DNA from: Mobula hypostoma
Lineage: Eukaryota
Length of the DNA: 64,000 nucleotides
Direction: 5' to 3'
Assembly (NCBI RefSeq): GCF_963921235.1
Contig: NC_086097.1
Location: forward strand, 157,730,001-157,794,000
The position numbers were made by a program, and so were the translations under genes. Below the pieces are notes generated by a model, which was not told the DNA's origin, did no database searches, and saw only the letters and a list, made by a program, of their open reading frames with translations. This document shows, one piece after another, positions 1 through 10,135 of this stretch (its first letter is position 1; every line of letters starts with the position of its first letter).

Positions 1-669
1 CCTTCCGAGGCAGAGCATTCCACAGATCCATAACTCTCTGGGTGAAAAAGTTTTTCCTCAACTTCGTTCTAAATGGCCTACCCCTTATTCTCAAATTGTG
101 GCCTCTGGGGTTCTTGACTCCCCCAACATCGGGAGCATGTTTCCTGCCTCTAGCATGCCCAATCCCTTAATAATCTTATATGTTTCAATCAAGATCCCCC
201 CTCATCCTTCTAAATTCCAGTGTATACAAGCCCAGTTGCTACAATCTTTCAACATATGACAGTCCTGCCATCCTGGGAATTAACCTCGTGAACCTACGCT
301 GCACTCCCTCAATAGCAAGAATGTCCTTTCTCAAATTTGGAGACCAAAACTGTACACAATACTCTAGGTGTGGTCTCACCAGGGCCCTGTACAACTGCAG
401 AAGTACCTCTTTGCTCCTATACTCAACTCCCCTTGTTATGAAGGCCAACATGCCATTAGCTTTCTTCACCACCTGCTGTACCTGCATGCTTACTTTCAGT
501 GATTGATGAGCAAGGACACTTAGATCTCATTGTACTTCCCCTTTTCCTAACTTGACACCGTTCAAGTAGTAATCTGCCTTCCTGTTCTTGCCACCAAAGT
601 GGATAACCTCATATTTATCCACGTTAAACTGCATCGGCCATGAATCTGCCCACTCACCCAACCTGTCCA
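1..669 (-). mobile_element. CR1-clade LINE fragment (RT C-terminus), interrupted by a solo LTR and resuming at 2196-~2280
   Basis: ORF 239..487(-) reads KKANGMLAFI..LYRALVRPHLEYCVQFWSP..VQRRFTRLIP, a typical CR1 ORF2 C-terminus. The sequence continues after the LTR (gtccaagtcatcctgcatt...tcatctgcaaa). Confidence 0.93.
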
Positions 670-1078
670 TGTCATGGTCCAGATCGGGGTCCCTTTAAAT
701 TTAGCTTGCTTATGTTACGATCCGGACCGTTGATTCCCCGTTTTCCCGTGTCCCTCGACTTTGGTGATTAGAGGCAATTAACACTCAGCTGAACCGGTAG
801 TTTATAGTCCCTGGCTTTCAGCCGTCCGGGGCGGGAGTGTCTGCAAAGTCACGGCGTGCCAATGTCATCTGGCCGGAGCAAGCCTTGTCTCCGCCCGAAG
901 CGAGTGCCGGTAATTCGCCTTTCCTCTCTGGAGCAACCCTGTCCAGTTACCTCGCCAAAGTGAGCCTCCAAAGTTTCTTCATCAAGATGGGTCCATCAGT
1001 TAACCCGCCGGAGAGAATCAAGAGCCGCTGTCTACTGTTCCCGGGCTGAGTCGAGAGCTCGGCACTACCCGGAGGTCC

Positions 1079-1423
1079 CAAGCACCACGTCCTGGCTCCG
1101 GTGGCATCCAAGTACCACGTCCACATCCTGGCCCCGGTGGCATTCAAGTACCATGTCAAGTCCTTGCCCTGGCGGCATTCAAGTACCATGTCCACGTCCT
1201 GGTCCTGGTGGCATTCAAGTACCACGTCCACATCCTGGCTCCAGCGGCATTCAAGTACCATGTCAAGTCCTTTCCCTAGCGGCATTCAAGTACCATGTCC
1301 ACGTCCTGGTCCTGGTGGCATTCAAGTACCATGTCATGTCCTGGCCCTGGCGGCGTTCAAGTACCATGTCAAGTCCTAGCCCTGGCGGCATTCAAGTACC
1401 ATGTCAAGTCCTGGCCCTGGTGG
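1079..1423. repeat. 35-36 bp minisatellite inside the LTR (about 9.5 copies)
   Basis: Core CAAGTACCA at 1109, 1145, 1180, 1216, 1252, 1287, 1323, 1358 and 1393. Confidence 0.95.
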
Positions 1424-1566
1424 TCTGTGATTCCTGTCCTACCCCCTTGTCTGAATCCCTTCTCTGCCCCTCTCGCCTCTAGCCCTCATCTGCAGCCCCC
1501 GCCTGCACTTCGGTCTAGTTCCATCACCGGAGCTAGATAGGTACTGTCTGGTGTTCATTCATGTTG

Positions 1567-1822
1567 GTCTCGTCTTGTCCTCGCCTCCGTGGGGGAAGTC
1601 TGGCCGTCTTGCCGTTGCCCCGCAGGGAGTCGTGTCTCATCTTGTCTTGTCCTTGCCTCCGTGGGGTAAGTCAGGCCGTCTTGCCGTTGCCCTGCAGAGG
1701 GTCATGAGTCTTGGCCCTATGTCCTGTACCCAAGGAGGGGTCCCGGCTCTCTGTTCTGTGTGCGAGGCCCGGCCCTATGTCCTGTACCCAAGGAGGGGTT
1801 CCTGCTCTGTGTTCTGTGTATG
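1567..1822. repeat. Two further tandem duplications inside the LTR (about 64 bp x2 and 58 bp x2)
   Basis: The blocks tcttgtcct..gcctccgtgggg..ggccgtcttgccgttgccc and ggccctatgtcctgtacccaaggagggg each occur twice. Confidence 0.85.
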
Positions 1823-3755
1823 TGTCCATTGTTCCATGTACCTGCTCTCCCGAGACCGAGGCTCTGTGTTCCCATGTTCTGCCTCTCCCTAGCCCATGTC
1901 ATGTCCATGCCCGGTTCTGGGGTCTGAGCCCGAGGCAAGACCCAGGTATTGGGTACTTGCCCAGAGTCCATACCCTAGCCTCTTCATGTCTCCTCTAGTT
2001 CTGGGAGCCGATTCCGAGTCCTAGCCTAGACCCTTGATCCCAGCCTAGTCGTAGTCCTCAGTCCTTGTCCAGTTCGCTACTCCTGCTCCTGTCTAGCTCT
2101 CCTGATCTCAAACAATAAACTAAATTTAATTAACCTCACAAGAACTGTCTTGCATTTGGGTCCACCCTTGCTCCCAATGTCCTGCCATTGTGACAGTCCA
2201 AGTCATCCTGCATTATCACAACATCCTCTGCACATTTCACACTGCCACTCAGCTTTGTGTCATCTGCAAATTTGTTAATGCTAACATCACATTTGCCTTC
2301 CCCACCACTGACTCAACCTGCAAATTAACCACTAGGGAATCGTGCATGAGGTCTCCCAAGTCTGATTGCACATCAGATTTTTGAATTCTGTCTCCATTTA
2401 GAAAATAGACTACCCTTTTATTTCTTTTATCTAAGGGTATGACCATACACTACCTATCACCATACTGCATCTGCCATTTCTTTGCTCATTCTCCTAACCT
2501 GTCTGTAACTTCTCTGTTTCCTCAAAATTACCGGCCATTCCACTATCTTTGTATCATATGCAGATTTGGCCACAAAGCCATCAATTCCATCACCCAAATC
2601 ATTGACATATAAAGTAAAAAGAGGTGGTCCCAACACAGATCCCTGTGGAACATCACTAGTCACCGGTTGCCAACCAGAAAGGGCTCCCTTTATTTTCACC
2701 TTTTGTCTCCTGCCAATCAGCCAATGGTCTATCCATACTCATATCTTTCTGTAATTCTATGGGCTCTTAACTTGTTAAGCAGCCTCATGTGTGGCACCTT
2801 GTCAAAGGCCTTCAGAAAATCCAAGTAGACAATATGCACCGATTCTCCTTTATCTATCTTGCTTGTTATTTCTTTAGGAAATTCCAACAGACTTGTCAGG
2901 CAAGATTTACCCTGAAAGAAACCCTGCTGATTTCAGCCTATTTTATCATGTGCCTCCAAGTAGCCCAAACTCACGTCCTTAACAATCAATTCAAACAACT
3001 TCCCAATCACTGAGGCCAGATTAACTGCCTATAATTCCCTTTCTTTCACCGCTCTCCCATTTTGAAGAGTGGAGTAAAATTAGCAATTTTCCAGTCCTCC
3101 GGCAACCTCAGTCACTTCTGCCTCCTGACAGTCTCAGACTTCTGCCATTCTGCTAGTGTCTTCCAGAGTGAAGACTGATACAAAATACTTATTCAGTACA
3201 TCTGCCATTTCCTTATCCCCATTACTACTTCTCCAGCATCACTTTCCAGCAGTCTGATATTTACTCTCGCCCCTCATTTGCTAAGAGTTGAAGAAACCTT
3301 TGGCATCCCCTTTAATATCATTGGCTAGCTTACTTTCATATTCTATCTTTTCCTTCTCTATAACATTTTAGTTGTCTTCTGTTGGTTTTAAAATCTTCCC
3401 TATCATCTAACTTTCTACTAATTTTTGCTCAATTATATGTCCTCCCTTTGGCTGTTCTGTTGGCTTTGACTTCCTTTGTCAGGCACAATTGTGTCATCCT
3501 GCCTTTAGAATGCTACTTCTTCTATGGGATGCATCTATCCTGTGACTTCCAAATTGCTCCCAGAAACTCTAGCCATTGCTGTTCTGCTGACATCCGTGTT
3601 AGTGTCCCCTTCCAATGAGTTTTGGCCAGCTCCTCTCTCATGCCTCTGTAATTCCCTTAACTCCGCTGTAACACTGATACATCTGACTTTAGCTTCCCCT
3701 TTTCAAATTGCAGGGTGAATTTTATTATGTTATGATCATTGCTCCTTTAAGGGTT

Positions 3756-3965
3756 GCCAAACATAAGAAAATCAGCAGATGCTGGAAATCCAAAGCAACA
3801 CACACAAAATGCCGGAGGATCTCAGCAGGTCAAGCAGTGTCTATGGAAAAGTGCAAACAGTCGATATTTTGGGCCTGAAAAGTTGACTGTTTACTCTTTT
3901 CCATAGATGCTGCCTGGCCTGCTGAGTTCCTCTGGCATTTTGTGTGTGCTGCCCCCCCCCCCACC
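3756..3965. mobile_element. Palindromic mini-element derived from a Penelope terminus
   Basis: Inverted arms cacacacaaaatgccggagg..cagtcga / ttgactg..ggcattttgtgtgtg; AAGGGTT duplicated at 3749-3755 and 3966-3972. Confidence 0.8.
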
Positions 3966-4113
3966 AAGGGTTCCTTCATCTTAAGCTCTCTAATCAATTC
4001 CAGTTCATTGTACAACACCTAATCCAGAATAGCTGATCCCCAAGTTGGCTCAACCACAAGCTGCTCTAAAAAGCCAAATTGTAGGCATTCTACAAATTCC
4101 CCCTCTTGGGATC

Positions 4114-4384
4114 ATAGTCGTAGTCATACTTTATTGATCCCGGGGGAAATTGGTTTTCGTTACAGTTGCACCATAAATAATTAAAATAGTAATAAAACCA
4201 TAAATAGTTAAATAGTAATATGTAAATTATGCCAGGAAATAAGTCCAGGACCAGCCTATTGGCTCAGGGTGTCTGACCCTCCAAGGGAGGAGTTGTAAAG
4301 TTTGATGGCCACGGGCAGGAATGACTTCCTATGACGCTCTGTGTTGTATCTCGGTGGAATGAGTCTCTGGCTGAATGTACTCCT
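4114..4384 (-). mobile_element. Rex1/Babar LINE 3' fragment
   Basis: Peptide RSTFSQRLIPPRYNTERHRKSFLPVAIKLYNSS; AATAAA and short-repeat tail on the minus strand; GATC on both sides (4110-4113 and 4385-4388). Confidence 0.85.
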
Positions 4385-4740
4385 GATCCAGAACCTACCC
4401 GATTTTCTCAATCTACCTGCATATTGAAATACCCCATGACTAACGTAACATTGTCCTTTTGGCATGTATTTGCTATCTCCCATTGCAATTTGTAGCCCAC
4501 GTTTTTGCTACTGATCGGAGGTCTGTATATAACTCCCATCAGGGTCTTTTCACCTTTGCAGTTTCTTAGCTCTACCCACAATAATTCTACACCTTCCTAT
4601 CCAATGTCACCTTTTCCTAAGTATTTGATTTAGTTTTATACCAACAGAGCCATGCCAACCCCTCTCCCTACCTGGCTGTCCTTTTGATACAATGTGTATC
4701 CTTGGATGTTAAGCTCCCAGCTATAATCTTCCTTCAGCCA

Positions 4741-5123
4741 TGAGTCTATTGATCTGCCTCTCTTCCAGAGGACTTTAGGTTCAGACCCAGGGAATAATTG
4801 TCAACCACAGTTTACTTAGAATTACATACTGTTTATTAGCAAGCTTACAACTCAGTTGAAACAACAAAGCCCCCGCTCATAGAGCCTGGGAAAATCTGCA
4901 GTCAAGTGAGCCCCAAGTTCTGTCTGGGGCTACTTGCTAAACATTCGTTATCACATACATACTCTGATTGTTGCTAGGCATCCTTGGTTACACAGAGCAG
5001 CTTTCCCATGCAACAAGCACTCCTTTGTTCTTACATTATTTTCACAATTAACAGATTAGTTATTGTGCAACATTATTAGCCAAGTTAGGTTTTAGCCCTT
5101 TTAATTCTGCATATAATTCCTCA
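4741..5123 (-). mobile_element. Putative short solo LTR inserted in CR1
   Basis: Non-CR1 block with TGAG...CTCA ends and a minus-strand AATAAA near 4832-4837. CR1 resumes on both sides. No TSD found. Confidence 0.4.
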
Positions 5124-5479
5124 ATTCAATAATGCCTACAACATCACACATGCAATCTGTAACTGTACTACAGGTTCATCTCCCTCATTCCATATACTGC
5201 ATCCATTCAAATATAACACCTTCTGTCCTGATTTCATCACCCTTTTCGATTTTGTCACCCTTTTACATTTCAACTCATACTGTTGACTACAATTTTGCCC
5301 TATCACCAGCCTGTCCTTGCTAGCAGTCTCATTGCCCACCGCCTTTGTTTGCAAACCAACTACACCATCCTCTGCCCTATCAATCCGGTTCCCATCCCAC
5401 TGACAAATTAGCTTGTGACACTCTCCTGCAGGAGTAACTTGCAGTTTTGGGCTTGAGACAGAGCCTTATCGAGAGCAAT

Positions 5480-5700
5480 AAAAGATCCAATACAAGAATT
5501 GAGTGGGTCGAGCAGCATCTGTGGGAAGAAAGGAATTGTCAATGGTTCGTATTAAAACACTACATTAGGACTTGTATCTGGAGTCCTGATGTAGTATTTT
5601 GACCTGAAATGTTAACAATTCCTTTCCTCACACTCTTCTAGCACTGAGTTCTTCTGGCAGATCTTTTGTTGCTCCAGATTGTAGCATCTGCAGCCTCTTG
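5480..5700. mobile_element. Older palindromic Penelope-terminus derivative
   Basis: Inverted arms gaaaggaattgtcaat..ctacattaggact / agtcctgatgtag..gttaacaattcctttc, followed by a gcatctgcag tail. Confidence 0.65.
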
Positions 5701-6557
5701 GGCCATATCCTGGTTCACCACCAAATTTCTTCAAATGCCTGTTCAATGTACAATTATGACTAGATTTCATTACTATTTATGCTTAGTCATAATTCAAATT
5801 TCACTACAATTTTATGTGTAATTTCTTTTTACTGGTGATATAACCACTAGAACACCATGCTCAACATGATCATTTCTGAATTTCCTTCTACCTAATTCCT
5901 GATCATTTTGAATCATTTAGCAGTCCTCATTTCTGCTTTTACGTTAAATTTTTGATCATGAATTAAACAGGATCACTTTACACTTGCTTGCTAATTATAG
6001 AAAGTGCGAAGGCTTGCTCAGTCAATTATGAACTGCTCGGAGTGAGCTCACATGGACAAGTATAAGTACCACTGAACCAAACTTCACTTCATTTGTGGAT
6101 AGGTGGAGTTTGAGTAGGTAAGGCATGTTATTTATGTGGATCAGTTTCACTAAAAATACTGCAAATAAAAGGAGAATTGAAATAAACCAGTTAATGTGGT
6201 TAAATCAATGATCAGAAAGTAACCAGTACCAAGAGCTCTTTCTGCACTTCATTTATCAATGACTCTGGAAAGGAGGTAGGGTATCGTATATTTACAATCA
6301 ACGTTTTGAATATATGCTTCCTAGCCCTTTTGCGAAGATTTTCAATGGACATCGAAAGGTAAGCGAGCAAAACTGTGGCAGACAGAGTTCAGTCTAAGAA
6401 AGTGCTAAGGGGAAAGTGGGAAGGTATATTCATGAAATTTGACAGTTTGGATTTCAGGCAGGCCAGGGGTAGAGGTCTACCTGAAAGGGGTGTCAGAACT
6501 CTCAGAATCACAAAAAACTTCAAAGGTCAAAGTAAATTTATTATCAAAGTACATATA

Positions 6558-7385
6558 CAGTGGTTGCAAAAGTTTGGGCACCTCTGGTCAAAATTTCTGT
6601 TACTGTGAATAGCTAAGCGAGTAAATGATGAACTGATTTCCAAAAGGCATAAAGTTAAAGATGACACATTTCTTTAATATTTTAAGCAAGAAAACTTTTT
6701 TATTTCCAGTTTCAAAATAACAGAAAAGGAAAAAGGCCCAAAGCAAAAGTTTGGGCACCCTGCATGGCATTACTTAGTAACACCCCCTCTGGCAAGTATC
6801 ACAGTTTGTAAACGCTTTTTGTAGCCAGCTAAGAGTCTTTCAATTCTTGTTTGGGGGATTTTCACACATTCTTCCTTGCAAAAGGCTTCTAGTTCTGTGA
6901 GATTCTTGGGCCGTCTTGCATGCACTGCTCCTTTGAGGTCTATCCACAGATTCTCGATGATGTTTAGATCAGGGGACTGTGAGGGCCAAAGCAAAACCTT
7001 CAGCTTGCGCCTCTTGAGGTAGTCCATTGTGGATTTTGAGGCGTGTTTAGGATCATTATCCTGTTGTAGAAGCCATCCTCTTTTCATCTCCGGCTTTTTT
7101 TCAGACGGTGTGATGTTTGCTTCTAGAATTTGCTGGTATTTAATTGAATTCATTCTTCCCTCTATCAGTAAATGTTCCCCGTGCCACTGGCTGCAACATA
7201 AGCCCAAAGCATGATTGATCCACCCCCATGCTTAACAGTTGGAGAGGGGTTCTTTTCATGAAATTCTGCACCCTTTTTTCTCCAAACATACCTTTGCTCA
7301 TTGCAGCCAAAAAGTTCTATTTTAACTTCATCAGTCCACAGGAATTGTTTCCAAAATGAATCAGGCTTATTTAGATGTTCCTTTG
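6558..7385 (-). mobile_element. Truncated Tc1 (DD34E) DNA transposon: one IR/DR terminus and the catalytic domain
   Basis: TA|CAGTGG terminus; 17-bp direct repeat GCAAAAGTTTGGGCACC at 6566-6582 and 6743-6759; peptides LWTDEVKIE, TVKHGGGSIMLW and QQDNDPKH...SPDLNIIENLW, with 34 residues between D and E; one frameshift near 7170. Confidence 0.95.
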
Positions 7386-7469
7386 AACCTTTTGAATAGA
7401 ACTTTTTGGCGAGAGCGAGAGCGAAAGAGAGAGAGAGAAAGAAAAAGAAAAAAAAATTGAGATAAATAG

Positions 7470-7945
7470 TTCTTGAAAGTGAGTCCATAGGTTGTGGGAA
7501 CAGTTTAGTTATGGGGCAAGTTAAGCTGAGTGACGTTATCCCGTGGTTCAAGAACCAGATGGTTGAAGGGTAATACCTGTTTCTGAACCTGGTAGTGTGA
7601 GTCCTGAGGCTCCTCTACTTGTAGCGGTGAGAAGGGAGCATGATTTGTGTGGTGGGAGTCCCTGATGATGGATGCTGCTTGCCTGTGACAACACTCTGTA
7701 TAGGTGTGCTCAAAGGTGGGGAGGGCTTTATCCATAATGGACTGCGCTATATCCACTACTCTTTGTAGGATTTTCTGCTCAGGGGCATTGGTGCTTCCAT
7801 ACCAGGTTGTGATACAGCCAGTGAATATACTCTTCACAACACATCTATCAAACTTCGTCAAAGTTTTAAATGTCATGCCAAATCTGCACAAACTTCCAAG
7901 GAAGTAAAAGCACTGCTGTTCTTTCTTCATAGTCAGGTGTATTAT
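7470..7945 (-). mobile_element. Rex1/Babar LINE RT C-terminal fragment
   Basis: ORF 7505..7948(-): FYFLGSLCRFGM..TGCITTWYG..LQRVVDIAQSI..AASIIRDSHH. A matching tail piece lies at about 6520-6555, on the other side of the Tc1. Confidence 0.85.
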
Positions 7946-8008
7946 CACTACTTAGAAGAACTTTCTTTTCCCAAAGCCCCAGGGCAAATTAAAGTTACAG
8001 AATATTTT

Positions 8009-8229
8009 ACACACAAAACAATGGAGGAACTCAGCAGGCCAGGCAGCATCTATGGAAAAAAGTAGAGTTGGCATTTCGAGGCAAAAGCCTTTGGAAGTCC
8101 TGCCGAAGGGTTCTGGCCCGAAACGTTGACTGTACTTTTTTTCCATAGATGCTGCCTGGCCTACTGAGTTTCTTCAGCATTTTGTGTGTGTTGCTCCGAT
8201 TTCCAGCATCTGCAGATTATCTCTTGTTT
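8009..8229. mobile_element. Palindromic Penelope-terminus derivative with a hammerhead-like motif
   Basis: About 80-bp inverted arms; AGTC-CTGCCGA-AGGGTTCTGGCCC-GAAA-CGTT-GACT at about 8096-8131. Confidence 0.85.
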
Positions 8230-10044
8230 ATGAGAAGCATATGTTAAGTACCTTATTTGCTTTTGCATAAGCATTAATGTGTGGGTCAGGTATAGAACAA
8301 AAAAAGGCTCTTGTATTCTTAAGCACTTCTTATCTATAATGTTTTCACCAAGTACCAAATGAATGGGTATTCCATAGTCTAATTTGGTTTTATCATCTAG
8401 GTCAAGCGAAATTTTCAAGGCTGACTGCTAGACGCTTCTGGGACTAGAAGAACACAAGATTTATCTCAGCGATCCTTCTGGTGTGGACAGGGCCCAGGGC
8501 AATGGTCCAAGGGGATGAGAAAGGATATCCTCCATACGTAGACTGTGCCCTTGTGCCATCACACAGAAAGCTACCACCGCTGCAATGCTATCACATATTT
8601 TCTAGCACTAGCGGTGTATACCTTGCCAAAAATCACTATAAGAATTATTCCCCCCAGATGGTACTGGTGGCCCAAATTTGGTGTCCTGGCTCACAGACTG
8701 GAAGCAGAATCACTCAGTCTGCTCTAAAAAAATATATACTTTCTACCTCAGGTCAATTTTCTTCCTTTATCTTAAATGCCTTGATTCATTTAATTTCCAG
8801 AAGCGTATTAATGTCTGTGGTGAGCGTGATTGTCAGCTATACACCTACACCCTCATGGGAAGAGAATTCTAAGGATCACAACCACCTGTGCAAAGAGGTG
8901 TCCCTCTTCTCAGCTGCAGTCACTGTCTTACCCTGAGACTAGCACTTCTAAAACTAGTCTCAACAAATGGAGAAATAACCTCTCAGTAACCTCTGTCAAG
9001 CCCTTCAGCAATGTAATTACATAGAAATTAGATATTGTTCTTATTTTAGTATCCAAAAAATTGCAGTTCACAGCTCTGACAATCAATATGCTCTTATGTT
9101 AAAGATGGCATATTGCTTGAAGACACATGAATTGCATAAATAGACCACAAATGCTGTGCACTTTCCATATTGCTCACCGGAAAGGATTTTAGACCTTAAA
9201 TGATTTTTTTTCCCATAGCAACTACAGAACAGCTGCATACAATGCTGCCATGGAGATGATGGAAAATGTAGGGGGAGAGGTGATGGTAATCATGAGAGTG
9301 TGGATAATGCCAAGCAAGCATCTGCCCTTAAAAGCTACAAAGCTTGCAGGTACTGTGTGCAAGACACTGATATTAGAATGCAGATCCTATAAATGTCAAG
9401 CCAGTAAAAATCTCAGTTTAATATGATCCTGTTTTTATTTGTGGATGTTCAATGGTGATAATTATACCCAAAAACGTACAATGTATGTCCATAACGAAGG
9501 AATTTTGTGGTGTATGGCTCTTGACTTCACTACACACATGACTGAAGCTGGAAAAATGCTTAAGCCAATTTCGCCATGGACGTGATTTCACCCAGAAACT
9601 GCTAATACTATTTAGCCCAACTTAAAGCACTTCTATGCATAATTCACAAATGAATGATGGATGCAAATCTACTCAATTTCTATGCTTTTCTGCTTCAATT
9701 GGATTGGTTCTCACTCTTTTAAACTCTTAAGTCAATTCTACTTAATTATATGTCATCATATAGAAAACATCAACCCTCTGAAGAGTTCACAAAGACAACT
9801 GGAAAAGAAAAGGAGATTAGGTGACACTGTCCCACACAATGACAGTCCTGATGGTTTGGGTCTCATCTCAGTGCCTCATTGAGTCAGTAGTAGGAGGAGT
9901 GACGTTCCAATTGGAAAGAAAGTGAACTTAACGCTGATATTGGCCTGTGGTTTTAAAGTGAGCCCAGAAGGAGAGTTCCTCTTCCTTCCATCTCCTACAC
10001 TGGGTAAGCATTTTTAAAATATGCATTGCTTTGAAGGCAGCCTC

Positions 10045-10135
10045 TCTGATACAGAAGCCTGGTCTGCTGAGTTCCTCCAGCATTTTGTGTGTGTTGCTTT
10101 GGATTTCTAGCCTCTGTAGATTTTCTTGTGTTTGC
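10045..10135 (+). repeat. Penelope 3'-terminal fragment
   Basis: gcctggtctgctgagttcctccagcattttgtgtgtgttgctttggatttc matches the arm of the other copies. Confidence 0.75.

Larger units (their letters stand above)
670..2195 (+). mobile_element. Solo LTR (probably Gypsy-type), 1526 bp
   Basis: Termini TGTCA...TGACA; perfect 5-bp TSD GTCCA (665-669 and 2196-2200); AATAAA at 2114-2119; no gag/pol; splits a CR1. Confidence 0.88.
2280..5412 (-). mobile_element. Degraded CR1 LINE ORF2 (APE endonuclease to RT) with three nested insertions
   Basis: Minus-strand peptides WQPVTSDVPQGSVLGPPLF..GIDGFVAKSAYDTK and QKVLYLNGCSIWN (APE N-terminus); many stops and frameshifts. Confidence 0.9.

Noticed and set aside
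1079..1423. Regularly spaced repeats resembling a CRISPR array, with overlapping ORFs
   Set aside because: The intervening sequences are near-identical rather than unique spacers, there are no cas genes, and the context is a eukaryotic LTR. The ORFs arise from the repeat.
8481..8936. 151-aa ORF
   Set aside because: No recognisable domain; its 3' half resembles decayed antisense CR1 3' sequence (gggaagagaattctaaggatcacaacc).
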